This document shows, piece after piece, positions 46,526 to 56,855 of a stretch of DNA of 64,000 nt. Each line of letters begins with the position of its first letter. Positions within the stretch are counted from its first letter, which is position 1. Under the pieces are notes generated by a model. The model saw only the letters and a list, made by a program, of their open reading frames with translations. It did no database searches and was not told where the DNA came from. The stretch lies in sequence record NC_047815.1; one strand, given 5' to 3'. Made by a program: the position numbers and the translations under genes.

Positions 46526-48474
46526 TCCAGTTTGTAACGTCGTTTGAACTCCGCGACTGAATAAATCGGGATGCCTTTGTCCATAGCTTTTTGCAGCTTG
46601 GCGCTACCGCTGCCAGGATCTTTAGCAATCAAGATGTTTGTGTCAGCCTTCATGGAATCAGTAGCTACGCCACCCAACGCTGTGATTTGCTGCATCAGTT
46701 CACGATCACGAACACCAGTAAACGCAACGTTGACGCCTTTCAGTTTGCTTGATACAACAGCAACACGTTCAGGTGCCTTCAACTTGATACCGATTTGGGT
46801 TGCAATCTCATAGGCAGCAATACACGCTTCGGCTAGGTCAGAGGCGCGAGATTTAACTCCATGAATACTGGATATCAGGAACGCGAGATCACCAGTATCA
46901 CCACGACGCAGCACGTTAGACAGATCAGGAATGCTGTCTACAACTTTATCAAACGTAGTGTTTGCACCGCGCATGTAATACGGCGCTGTAGCTTTTAACC
47001 ACGAATTGATAGGCAGTCCAGAACGCATCTGCTTGAGGTCAATAGCAAGTTGCTTGCCTCTTGCATCACCCAACACAGCACGCAGCGTAGCCATTGAAGC
47101 ATCAAACAAGGCAGCAGGATCAGTGATACCGCTATCCACCAGCATCTTCGCTGTAGAAGGACCTGTGTTCTTGACGTCAAGCGATTTCAAGAAGCTGCCA
47201 AGCAAACGCGCAGTAGCAACACTGGTCTTTTTCTTAGCAACGAACTCTACGCCTTTCAACGTGTACGGTACGTCAGGCAGTTTCGGCTTGCGTGCAGGTT
47301 TGATTATATCCATGATGTATGGAATAACCTTGCCGCTGCGTATCAGCTTAACTTTAGCCCCTGGTCCGAGAGGTCTGATTTCGTGCGGTGGCTGCTGATT
47401 CTTTTTAGGCTTGAGATATCCGTGCTGAACATAATAACCATTGTGGCCATTAGCCCGGGTAACAGTAACACCGCCAGACATAACAGTAGGCGCAAATACG
47501 GCAACAGGTTGGAGAGTTCCATATTTAGTTTCCTGATAGATAATGTCTTCAACGGTAGCGATTACTGCATCAGCGTCCACGTTCATCTTGAACTTGAATG
47601 CATGTGATGGATTGCTCGCAGTTGACTTGTGACCTGGTGTGTCTTCTGTTACGACAACACCATCAAGCTCAAAGATAGACTTGGACATGCGGCGTTCAAG
47701 CCACGCAATCAACTCGTCCTGATCTGCAAACTGTAGAGGACCAAAGTGACGTACTACTTCGAATCCCCAACGCTCAAGCAGTTTAAACTGCGCTGATTGT
47801 TTGAGATTAGCACCACGACCACCGATGATGCCAAAGCATACCTGACGAACGTACTTGAACTCTTTGGCTGTTTCAAAGTTACGAATCAAACCGGAGGCTG
47901 CGTTACGTGCTGCTTTAAAGCGACCACCAGCAGATTCATGCATCTTGGACATGAATGTTTTCTGCGGGATAAGTGCTTCACAGCGAATCACAACTTGACC
48001 ACGTTCAGAAATAGTTTGTGGTATGCGCATTGAAGGCAGATGGTGTGATACATCTTTACCGTGCGTAGCATCACCGCGAGTATAAGCAGCGACAGGACGT
48101 CCACCTTCATACACAAGTTCAATCGACAAACCATCGAGCTTGTCAGTCAGCACCCACTCAACGTCCTTGTTGAGTGCTCGTGCCAATTGTTTTGAGTCAG
48201 GCTGGAACTGATTGAGACTTGCCATAGGTACAGGCAGCTTCACATCAGCATCGTCGCGTTGACCTATCTTGCGTGCCAGCTTTGACTTAGGCCACTTCTG
48301 ATCAATGTATTTACGAATAAAATCGTAAACAGCATCACTGACCATGCCTTCACCATCAACGTGATAGGCTTCGTCCAGCTTGGTCACTAAGGTTACGACT
48401 TGCTTTTGCGTCAGTTCATCCAGCACCTTCTCAGGGTACTTGTTCAAACGTTTAAGAGACAATTGCACGGCCAT
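46522..48474 (-). CDS. ligA: NAD-dependent DNA ligase
   Basis: Domain Ia (YH...SDAVYD), KLDGLS, RCE, RNAASG, DGVV, AFKFK, OB fold, HhH, BRCT (FTG...GG). Confidence 0.93.
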   Translation of the reverse strand: MAVQLSLKRLNKYPEKVLDELTQKQVVTLVTKLDEAYHVDGEGMVSDAVYDFIRKYIDQKWPKSKLARKIGQRDDADVKLPVPMASLNQFQPDSKQLARALNKDVEWVLTDKLDGLSIELVYEGGRPVAAYTRGDATHGKDVSHHLPSMRIPQTISERGQVVIRCEALIPQKTFMSKMHESAGGRFKAARNAASGLIRNFETAKEFKYVRQVCFGIIGGRGANLKQSAQFKLLERWGFEVVRHFGPLQFADQDELIAWLERRMSKSIFELDGVVVTEDTPGHKSTASNPSHAFKFKMNVDADAVIATVEDIIYQETKYGTLQPVAVFAPTVMSGGVTVTRANGHNGYYVQHGYLKPKKNQQPPHEIRPLGPGAKVKLIRSGKVIPYIMDIIKPARKPKLPDVPYTLKGVEFVAKKKTSVATARLLGSFLKSLDVKNTGPSTAKMLVDSGITDPAALFDASMATLRAVLGDARGKQLAIDLKQMRSGLPINSWLKATAPYYMRGANTTFDKVVDSIPDLSNVLRRGDTGDLAFLISSIHGVKSRASDLAEACIAAYEIATQIGIKLKAPERVAVVSSKLKGVNVAFTGVRDRELMQQITALGGVATDSMKADTNILIAKDPGSGSAKLQKAMDKGIPIYSVAEFKRRYKLE

Positions 48475-48518
48475 CTATGTTGTTCCCCATGAATACATCT
48501 AACAACTGTATTTACAGC

Positions 48519-50465
48519 TTAGGACGCGATAGGCTCTCGATTCACAGGGTAATCTTCTGCCATGTCCAACACTCGGTTGAACAGCTTAGGCGTCATATCC
48601 TTAATGTGTTCGCAGTAGTCAAACAAGTTCTGCTTACGAGCACGATTAACGCGCACCTGACGTACTTCATCAGGGCTGTTGGTAATGTCGTAGACTGTGT
48701 ACACAACAATGTTGTCCGAAGCATTGTGCGTAGAGATCTTGAGGACTACCCAATCACGTCGAAGTTTGGCATCAGCTTTGAAACGAACAACGTCACCTTC
48801 TTCTGCTTCGGAAGCGGCTGAACCTGCAGGACTAGCATTAGCGGCAGCAACCTCACGGGCAGTTTTAGCAGCTTCATCTTCGGCTGCGGCAACATCGTCG
48901 TCTTCTGCGTCATCCTCATCAGTTTCTTCTACGGCATCTGAGGTGTCGGCGTCATCGTCACCGTCCTCATCTGCTGCTTCTTCGTCTTCTTCCTCGTCTG
49001 CGTCAGAATCCTCAACATCAGAATCGTCATCCGTCTCTGCGTCTGGATCTTCTTCGTCCTCTGCATCCTCGTCATCCTCAGTTTCATCATCAGACTCCTC
49101 ATCGGTGTCTTCTTCGGATTCATCAGATTCTGCATCCTCATCATCCTCTTCTTCAACGTCATCGAGGTCAACGTCCTCTTCGTCGTCAGAAGATTCATCG
49201 GAGTCATCAGAATCATCTTCGGTTGCTTCTGGACTTGCTGCTACAGGAGCTGTACCTTTCTGCTTTTTACGAACCTTTGAACGTGCTGGTGGTTCTTCAT
49301 CATCTTCGGGTTCGTCAATGTCTGACATATCAAACGCGCCGTCATCATCTTCTGGCAGTTCGTCGTCATCATCTTTGCCAAACATCTTGGCAACACTGTT
49401 TTCGATGTTGAGCACATCAGCAACAAAGGGACTTGAACCAAACAGGTTGGCTAGTTGCTCATCTTCCTCTGTCGCGTGCTCAACAAGTGCCTCATCGAAT
49501 TCAAGATCTTCATCGTCTAAGATTTCTTCCTGAAGTATACGACGCACACGGCTACGCAGCTTGACAGGCTTAGGCAACAAGTCATCTTCGTTTAATATCT
49601 TAGCACGAGGAGCTTCCATTTCACCACTGCGTACCTTAGCACGCATTTCAGCAAGCCGTTGTTCTTCGGCACGAGACGCTTCACGCTCTTTGTTACGCAA
49701 CAATTTAGCTTCGGTCTTGACAGCGATACGTTCAGCGCGAGCAGCGAGACGACGTGATTCCGCTTCTTCGGCTGCTGTTCGACGATGCGCAATCTTAGAC
49801 GCACGACGATATTCCATAACGTCTTCTTCACTGAGATGACCTTGAGGCCAATCAGGATAAGGCAGCACGTTGCTGTTAGCCACCAGCATGTCGTAATCTT
49901 CTGTAGGAACTTTGAGATACAAGCCTTCAGGATTGATTACGATACCGCCTTTTGAATCACGCAAGAAGCGTAGACCAACCAGCTCGTTTCGTGAAAAGGT
50001 TTGGAGACCTTTACTGTGACGTAGCTTATAGTTAGCGTCAGGCACAATACGCCACTGATAGTTCTCAAAGTCAATACCATTAACTGATTCGACTGGAACG
50101 CGTCGTGGTGCAAAGCGTGGATTGTCAAACGACTTACGAGCAAGTTGACGCTCAATCGTCGTCACACCGGCAGCTTTAGCACGTCCTTGACGTTGAGCAA
50201 CCTCAGGCGGCTTGCGCATCTTTTTGCTGCGGTCCATGAGAAAGTCCGCTGTATTGCGATCAGCAGGAAACTCAACGTGCGGCATGTCAGGGAAAATCAG
50301 CGTATAGCGTGCACCACCACGGGTAGCAAGCAGGCCATACACATCGCCTTTCTTGATCATTCTTTTATGGCTGCGCTGTGTTACTTCACGACCACGAGGG
50401 CCGTCAAAAGTATACCAAGCAAATTTGCCTACAGCGTCATCATACGTTGCAGATAACGAGTGCAT
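48519..50465 (-). CDS. Hypothetical protein with two shared modules, a basic coiled segment and a long acidic tract
   Basis: 648 aa; D/E-rich tract at ~48890-49375. Confidence 0.75.
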   Translation of the reverse strand: MHSLSATYDDAVGKFAWYTFDGPRGREVTQRSHKRMIKKGDVYGLLATRGGARYTLIFPDMPHVEFPADRNTADFLMDRSKKMRKPPEVAQRQGRAKAAGVTTIERQLARKSFDNPRFAPRRVPVESVNGIDFENYQWRIVPDANYKLRHSKGLQTFSRNELVGLRFLRDSKGGIVINPEGLYLKVPTEDYDMLVANSNVLPYPDWPQGHLSEEDVMEYRRASKIAHRRTAAEEAESRRLAARAERIAVKTEAKLLRNKEREASRAEEQRLAEMRAKVRSGEMEAPRAKILNEDDLLPKPVKLRSRVRRILQEEILDDEDLEFDEALVEHATEEDEQLANLFGSSPFVADVLNIENSVAKMFGKDDDDELPEDDDGAFDMSDIDEPEDDEEPPARSKVRKKQKGTAPVAASPEATEDDSDDSDESSDDEEDVDLDDVEEEDDEDAESDESEEDTDEESDDETEDDEDAEDEEDPDAETDDDSDVEDSDADEEEDEEAADEDGDDDADTSDAVEETDEDDAEDDDVAAAEDEAAKTAREVAAANASPAGSAASEAEEGDVVRFKADAKLRRDWVVLKISTHNASDNIVVYTVYDITNSPDEVRQVRVNRARKQNLFDYCEHIKDMTPKLFNRVLDMAEDYPVNREPIAS

Positions 50466-50495
50466 GTTTTGTTCTCTGTTGGTTGCGATTAGTGA

Positions 50496-50504
50496 AAATT
50501 AGCG
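50496..50504 (-). promoter_or_regulatory. CGCTAATTT candidate late-promoter element
   Basis: 31 nt upstream of the start at 50465. Confidence 0.55.
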
Positions 50505-50515
50505 TCCTTAGGTAA

Positions 50516-50537
50516 AGCGGGGCTATTAACCCCCGCT
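50516..50537 (-). terminator. Hairpin overlapping the stop of the 1367-aa gene
   Basis: AGCGGGG-GTTAATAG-CCCCGCT-TT. Confidence 0.55.
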
Positions 50538-53500
50538 CAGATAACCCCTTGTATCGCACCCATAAACGCCACAAGTATTCTCACACGGAATAACTTGTGC
50601 CCACGTCCAATATCCATTAGGTTGCTTGATAGCATACACAGCGGACGGGTCGTGGCCCCAGACCTGAACAGCATTTTGCAACGCTAGTTGTTCAGTTTCA
50701 AAGTAACCCTGTTTCAGTGGATCAGTTTCACCTTGAGATACCTCAGTGACAAACGTAACGATTTCAGCGCGAGGTACATGTATCGCCTTAACAACAGGGC
50801 GACGCGGTTGCTGACGAGTAACTGCCAACACTGTTGTCTTAACCCGATTAGAAGCAGCAGGTTCAACAGATTTGACTAGTGCTCCAACCGTATAGCCAAC
50901 ACTCATTGCAATAGGATTCACTTTAGGTGCATCTATCTTGCGTGGTTCGTTTGTGTTTTGCGAGGACACAGTGTTGGAGAACGCGCGATCAGCAGTTAGT
51001 TTCTGTTGATAGCTCTTAGGAGCCTGAACAGTTCTTGCCGCTGATCCATCTATCTGCGACAACTGGCCAGAAGACTCAACGTAACGAGCCTCTAGATCAA
51101 GACTGAACCAGCGAGTCGCCTGAGCCACCTTACCTACAGTGCTTAACTGATACGGCTTGCGCTTGTTACTGTACGCAACAGTCATAGCATACGTAAACGT
51201 TACTCGTGGTATATGCGTCCAGCGAGGCGTCATGTTGGTATACTTGTTAGGTACTTTGTACTGACGCCAAACAGCGCGTCCAGTATCTATTGCATACTGC
51301 GGCATTGCCTTAAACACGTCAGGCGTAGCTGTGTCCGTGTGATACACAGTGGCAGTGGCAACGTTATGCTGCAAAGAAGATTGCTGAATCAAACCAGAAG
51401 GACGCACAAGACTCAGACGGTCGTTGTCTAGCACATAAGGTACAACGCCTTTAACAAGCTCAGCATTCGCCTGATCAACACGTTCTGGCCTCAGCATAGG
51501 AACGGTTCGAGGCGCCAAGCTGTCTATGTTGTTCGCGTCACCTGCACGGGACAAGTTGACTTGTGCAGCATTCTGATGTAATGCTTTACCGGAACGCAAC
51601 AGATTGGCTGAGGCAGCATCTACGTGTAGGTATTCAGCGATAGAAACTGTGTTAGGGCCCCGCATCTGGAACATGGCGCTATCAAAACCGCTACCACCTT
51701 CTTGATACTGTTGATCGATTTCTGCATCAAGAATTAAATGAGATTGTTTGTCGCTGAAACCACGATCAAACGCAGTTGAGATAACGCCCGCCTCGATAGG
51801 AATGAAGCGGCTGTCAAACTCTGCTTGATTGAAATCCGCACGCGTTTCAAACTCACGAATAAACACAGTGTCTATCCAAGCTGTTGACTCAACAAACATA
51901 CGGTCATAGCTAGAGCCAACAACGCTGTCCATATGTGGTTCAAAACGTGAGGCAAACGACGCGACAACAACACGGCTGTCTTGAGACTCAAATGCCTGAT
52001 CAAACTCGGCAGTCATGCAATCTACTTCGACAACATGTTGCTGATCGACCGTCTGAATCTCAGTGCTGTCTACTGTCTCATAGTGTTGAGCAACAGGCAG
52101 GATTACAGAATCAGCTTGTCCACTATATGTAGGGTCCTCAGTGAAATCATACAGCCACTCAAGAGCGGCATCGCCCAACATGATTGTGTGAGGCTGATCA
52201 TGACTAGGCAGACCTTCCATTTTGAGTACGGTTGTGCTGCATTCAAGGTTACGGATTTCAGTCTGCTCTTTGTAGACACCACGAACATCAAGCGGTAGAT
52301 CTACATACTCACCGTTAACTTGCAGCAAGATACCAGCAGGAACACGGATATGCGTGTAGAAGTTCTCTGGGATGGCATCAAACGAAATATCACCGCTGTC
52401 TGCGAACACATAGCGTTCAGCACGGTCGGTTTCAGGCTGAGGATCAAGCCAATGATCATCTGCCCACACCTGCCACTCATAATGATTCTGCTCTGTATCA
52501 AACGGAATCACATACTGCTCGTTGGCTGGTGGCGTAAATGAAATAGTTGCAGACTGACCCGCAGCAAGCGTCACAGTCTGTTGATCGTTATTGAACTTGG
52601 CAGTGGTGTTTGTGATAGTCAAGGTAAGACGCTGTGGACCAGGGTTGGTTATAGCATCACTGACTACTTCAACATCGCGCGGCTGATAAGCCCAATTACG
52701 AATAGTGTTGAGTCGTGGTTCAGGCACAGTGAAAATGCCAAAGTCACATACGCCGGAGCCGACGCTAACAACAACACGGCTAGTATCGCCTTCATGCAGT
52801 ACCTCTAGTCGTAGCTTACCGCCATTCGAAATCATGAATGGTTCGATAGCTTGTTCACCGTTGATAAAGATCTGCACGTTGTCTTCGGCGGGTTGGCCGT
52901 TGACTGTTACACTGACAGGCACGCGTGTGTTGATGCCAGTGATTGTTATTTCTTCTGTTTGATACACTTCACCATCTTCGATACCCGACACATCAACAAA
53001 GTCGAATGCATCTGGCATGGTATCAGGTTGCTGCTCAAACAAGGTAGTCGAGCGGCCAATAGAGATAGGGAAGCTGTGTTGCGTAATGTTCGGATGGCTT
53101 ACAGTGAATTCTACTTGATCGCCGTCACGCACATAGCGAACGGATTCGCCGTTTATCTTAGCAGTCCATACAACACCGTTAGGCAATTTGATTTCAAGAG
53201 GAATATCGGCATCACCGCTCTCGACTACAAGAGTGAAGGTAACGCTGTCGCTGCCAGCCTGATCGAACTGAGGCAAGGTTGCACTGTAATCACGAACATT
53301 GAGATGCGTTAGATTGTTTGTAGGACGCGCTACAGAAAAGAATCTACGAGTAGTCGAATCACTGACCTCGTAAGGAGTACCGAAGATTCCAAGATAAGAC
53401 CAGCCATCACGATTTGTGGTGACACTGCTAGCAGCGTTTGCAAAATCAAATACACCATCACCGCCAGTAGTATCAAACCCACCAGCAGGCACAATACCAG

Positions 53501-54629
53501 CAACAGACCAATCGGATGTAGTGTTGTAAACAACACGGTCGTTTTTAACCAGATTACGAGACGGCGCATATTCAGCATTATCCCGAATGTTGAACTGGCA
53601 AATATCACCGGTTGTCGCACGCACACCAATTGCAATCAGGCTGCTTGGTACGAACTGATAGAATGCGAAGTCGGTGGGTGCATTAGATACAGTCTGACCT
53701 ACAAGCTGCCCGCTGCGAGTACACAACACATCATAGCTGTCAGAGGCGTCGGTGTAAAACTTATCCTGACGCGTGTTCTGTTCCGCAAATGAGGCATCTA
53801 AATAGTGCGCAACGCCAAGTGAGGTCAACAGCACAACAGAATCAACAGTGTTGGAACCTATACCTTTGCGGCGATACACAGCACGAGTCACATCTGAGGC
53901 TGTAGCCTGAACGATATTAATAAGAGCAAATGATTTATCATATACTCGAATCTGGCCGTTAGTATAGAACAACACAAACTGACGTTCAGTGCCTGCTGGA
54001 TCAATACGTTCAATGGCAGTAGCCAGAGTGCCATCTTCATCATCAGTGAACTTGTATCCCACACGAAGATCAGCTACGGTATCAGCCGCGTTTAAAACAT
54101 ACAAGGCACCGTTAGGCTTATCGTGAATCAGGTACGGACTGCGTGTTGTATTGAAAGGTGCAGACGGCATCTGAGCCAGCGCACGATAATCACCAGCTTC
54201 GATAGCAGCTTTGAGATTCGCATCTGTAGGCTGTGCAACACCGCCACTGATAATTGCTCCGTAATAAGGAGAAGTCAAAGCAGCGTTTTTAGGCAAAGCA
54301 CCGAAGCCGCTACGCTGAATGCGGTAGTCAATCTCTTTTGTTTGCTGTCGGGCTAAGATACGGCTTGCATCTTGAGATAAAACCCACTCACCTTCCATTT
54401 CATAGTAGACAGCTACCTGTTGAACTGTGCTTTGATCTGTAGGTGGTGTTCCTTTCAGAGCAAGAGAATAAACGCCAACGTTGGGGCTAATAGTCTTTTG
54501 CGCAGAGCCGTCAGAGAAGGTACCGCCAACAACGTGAAACACAAGATCGCCAGACACATTCTCAAGAGGAAGGTCTGTGGTCCAGCTAGTTTCAGCATTG
54601 GCGATTATTGTTTTAATCTGGTTGGACAT
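50526..54629 (-). CDS. Long fibre-like virion protein, 1367 aa
   Basis: Beta-rich N-terminal domains, then a ~16-aa periodic C-terminal shaft. Confidence 0.6.
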   Translation of the reverse strand: MSNQIKTIIANAETSWTTDLPLENVSGDLVFHVVGGTFSDGSAQKTISPNVGVYSLALKGTPPTDQSTVQQVAVYYEMEGEWVLSQDASRILARQQTKEIDYRIQRSGFGALPKNAALTSPYYGAIISGGVAQPTDANLKAAIEAGDYRALAQMPSAPFNTTRSPYLIHDKPNGALYVLNAADTVADLRVGYKFTDDEDGTLATAIERIDPAGTERQFVLFYTNGQIRVYDKSFALINIVQATASDVTRAVYRRKGIGSNTVDSVVLLTSLGVAHYLDASFAEQNTRQDKFYTDASDSYDVLCTRSGQLVGQTVSNAPTDFAFYQFVPSSLIAIGVRATTGDICQFNIRDNAEYAPSRNLVKNDRVVYNTTSDWSVAGIVPAGGFDTTGGDGVFDFANAASSVTTNRDGWSYLGIFGTPYEVSDSTTRRFFSVARPTNNLTHLNVRDYSATLPQFDQAGSDSVTFTLVVESGDADIPLEIKLPNGVVWTAKINGESVRYVRDGDQVEFTVSHPNITQHSFPISIGRSTTLFEQQPDTMPDAFDFVDVSGIEDGEVYQTEEITITGINTRVPVSVTVNGQPAEDNVQIFINGEQAIEPFMISNGGKLRLEVLHEGDTSRVVVSVGSGVCDFGIFTVPEPRLNTIRNWAYQPRDVEVVSDAITNPGPQRLTLTITNTTAKFNNDQQTVTLAAGQSATISFTPPANEQYVIPFDTEQNHYEWQVWADDHWLDPQPETDRAERYVFADSGDISFDAIPENFYTHIRVPAGILLQVNGEYVDLPLDVRGVYKEQTEIRNLECSTTVLKMEGLPSHDQPHTIMLGDAALEWLYDFTEDPTYSGQADSVILPVAQHYETVDSTEIQTVDQQHVVEVDCMTAEFDQAFESQDSRVVVASFASRFEPHMDSVVGSSYDRMFVESTAWIDTVFIREFETRADFNQAEFDSRFIPIEAGVISTAFDRGFSDKQSHLILDAEIDQQYQEGGSGFDSAMFQMRGPNTVSIAEYLHVDAASANLLRSGKALHQNAAQVNLSRAGDANNIDSLAPRTVPMLRPERVDQANAELVKGVVPYVLDNDRLSLVRPSGLIQQSSLQHNVATATVYHTDTATPDVFKAMPQYAIDTGRAVWRQYKVPNKYTNMTPRWTHIPRVTFTYAMTVAYSNKRKPYQLSTVGKVAQATRWFSLDLEARYVESSGQLSQIDGSAARTVQAPKSYQQKLTADRAFSNTVSSQNTNEPRKIDAPKVNPIAMSVGYTVGALVKSVEPAASNRVKTTVLAVTRQQPRRPVVKAIHVPRAEIVTFVTEVSQGETDPLKQGYFETEQLALQNAVQVWGHDPSAVYAIKQPNGYWTWAQVIPCENTCGVYGCDTRGYLSGG

Positions 54630-54659
54630 TTATCACCTCGTGGCAGATAAAACGACGAA

Positions 54660-54679
54660 GGGGAACCCGAAGGCTCCCC
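54660..54679 (-). terminator. UUCG hairpin / terminator
   Basis: GGGGAGCC-TTCG-GGTTCCCC-TT. Confidence 0.7.
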
Positions 54680-54685
54680 AGTGAA

Positions 54686-55864
54686 TTAAACGCCGCCACC
54701 TTCGGCCAACAGGAACAGACGCATCCCTGTGTTCTTAGGGCTGTTCGCAGATACAGCTTTGTACTTACGCAGCTTAGGCTCATCGGCTTCATCAACTTCG
54801 CCGTAAACCTGAGTTTCGATCACGACACCGTTCGAGATAACGTCAGCACTCGCAAAGCCAACCATATCCATTTCGTATGGATAGCTGTAACGCTGAGTGT
54901 TGAAGCCCTGCGGCAGGCGGAAGTCAAACTTGTTGTCTTCACTGAACGGAACCTGCTGGAACGGGTTGATTACTGCAAACGCATCAGAGCTATGAGCGGC
55001 CGCATTGATAGGTGCAGTAGGTGCGTTAACGTCTGCCTCACGCACAGTAAAGCGCATGATTGCATAGTTAGTGTCTGGGTTAGCGTTTACCAGAGTTGTG
55101 GTGATAGGATACATCTTGTTATTATCAGGACTGCCTCCACCATTTACACTGAACATGCAGAACAGAGGTGCTTTACCTTCCGTAACAACAGTACCATCGC
55201 TGTTGATAGCACGCTGAATAACAACCCAATGTTGACGACAGCCGGCATCATCTTGACCTTCAACACGAATATGCAGTGCGAAGCCATGATTGCTCAGAGA
55301 CAAAGTATAGGTAAACGGAGTTGCGGCCTGATCACCACGAATCAAGCTGTCTGCTACGGTTTGCGCTACGGTTGTGCCGTTGTTGATAGTGCTGAAAGAC
55401 ATAGTACCAGCATAGGAAGTATTTGCACTACCGCTATCGCTGTCAATTCCGCGATGGTAGAAACAAACTTCGTTAGGGTCCAGCTTATCGCCGTCTTGAT
55501 TGACAGCAGTACCGAAGTAACGACTACCGATAGCACCAGCATAGTTTGCTTTGCCGTTGCCACTGATAATGATGCTGCTAACTTTAGCAACTTCACCCAA
55601 ATCGCTGATCTGCTCAGGAGCACCGGCATACATGCGAGTGGACAGTGGATTGATCTTGAGGGCTAAACGCCAAGGCTGTGCATCAATCAGAGGGTCAATT
55701 GTATTGGTCGGTTTGACAACAAACGAGGTGATTGCGCCAGTAGGTACTGTATTGCCCAGAGTACCATTGACGCTGACAGCAGTAAAGCCGTTAGCAGTCA
55801 GGTCAGCCAGAATTTGTTTCCACATTTTCTGGTTGTCGATAAAGCCAGTTCTTTCAATAAACAT
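54686..55864 (-). CDS. Virion structural protein (paralog 2), 392 aa
   Basis: Shares HGFAL.I..EG.D, PLF...S..GGG, INP.QQV, SADVIS.G and GMRL motifs with the 323-aa neighbour. Confidence 0.7.
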   Translation of the reverse strand: MFIERTGFIDNQKMWKQILADLTANGFTAVSVNGTLGNTVPTGAITSFVVKPTNTIDPLIDAQPWRLALKINPLSTRMYAGAPEQISDLGEVAKVSSIIISGNGKANYAGAIGSRYFGTAVNQDGDKLDPNEVCFYHRGIDSDSGSANTSYAGTMSFSTINNGTTVAQTVADSLIRGDQAATPFTYTLSLSNHGFALHIRVEGQDDAGCRQHWVVIQRAINSDGTVVTEGKAPLFCMFSVNGGGSPDNNKMYPITTTLVNANPDTNYAIMRFTVREADVNAPTAPINAAAHSSDAFAVINPFQQVPFSEDNKFDFRLPQGFNTQRYSYPYEMDMVGFASADVISNGVVIETQVYGEVDEADEPKLRKYKAVSANSPKNTGMRLFLLAEGGGV

Positions 55865-55879
55865 TGTGCTTGTTCCTTA

Positions 55880-56851
55880 TTACGCAGAAATAGGAGTATC
55901 GATTGGGAACATCAGGCGCATACCACGGTTATCTTTACCGTTAGCATTCATGCCGCGATACGTGATTTTAGTTCCAGCAGGAGTCAGATCAACAGTGGAA
56001 CCGGCAGAAATAACGTCCGCTGAGGTATAGCCCAACAGGTCCAGTGTAACGAAGTACACATAACGCTGACTGTTAATCAGTTTCGGGAACAGCACGATTG
56101 CCTTGTTGCCTTCTGCCAGCATTACCTGCTGCATAGGGTTGATGATAGGCGCAGCATCTGCACTTGGTTGACAAGCAGAGATAGACTTGGTTGCTGAGTT
56201 GATGCCTTTCTCGATAACAGTGAAACGCTGAACAGCAGTTGCTACTGAGGTATCTGGGTCACCGTTCTGACCACCACCGTTGCTGTAGATAGCAAACAGA
56301 GGGCTGCCTTGACCCGCGGTTTCTTCGCCGTCAGTCAGACCACGCTGCACAACAGCCCATGAGAATGCTGTACCTGTGTTATCGTAACCTTCTGCGTTGA
56401 TTTGCAGAGCAAAGCCATGATCAGTAATAACCAGATCATAGCTGAGCGGATAAGCTGCGAAATCAGCACCAGCATCCATCTTCCAATCAGCAACAAAGTC
56501 GATGAAGTGGTTTGCAGTCAGACCGTCACGACTCAGGCGACCGATAGACTGCGTTGCGTTGCGGGCGGCAGCTTCAAACTCAGAAGTCATCTGTAACTTA
56601 GGCAGAACGCTTACGTCCAGATACTTGTCGGTGTCATCGGCGGCAATCAGCACAACCCATTTCTGGTCTGCGGCTTGGGTATCGACGGTAGCAGTTGCTT
56701 CAAGCGCAAATGACTTAGAATCACCATCAATAACTGTACTCGCATCGCCATTAACACCGATAACGGTGAAGCCCGCGCCTTTCATAGCGTTGACGAGACT
56801 GATGGCCAACTGTTGCGGGCCAACAATACTGCGTCCGGTTAAATATTGCAT
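55880..56851 (-). CDS. Virion structural protein (paralog 1), 323 aa
   Basis: Tandem paralog of 54686-55864. Confidence 0.7.
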   Translation of the reverse strand: MQYLTGRSIVGPQQLAISLVNAMKGAGFTVIGVNGDASTVIDGDSKSFALEATATVDTQAADQKWVVLIAADDTDKYLDVSVLPKLQMTSEFEAAARNATQSIGRLSRDGLTANHFIDFVADWKMDAGADFAAYPLSYDLVITDHGFALQINAEGYDNTGTAFSWAVVQRGLTDGEETAGQGSPLFAIYSNGGGQNGDPDTSVATAVQRFTVIEKGINSATKSISACQPSADAAPIINPMQQVMLAEGNKAIVLFPKLINSQRYVYFVTLDLLGYTSADVISAGSTVDLTPAGTKITYRGMNANGKDNRGMRLMFPIDTPISA

Positions 56852-56855
56852 TGAA

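Noticed and set aside
48697-49533. 278-aa poly-Ser ORF on the plus strand (and similar ORFs at 39907-40272, 29354-29962, 17529-18281)
   Set aside because: Antisense shadows of minus-strand genes (GAY/GAR codons read as Ser on the opposite strand); no independent evidence of coding.
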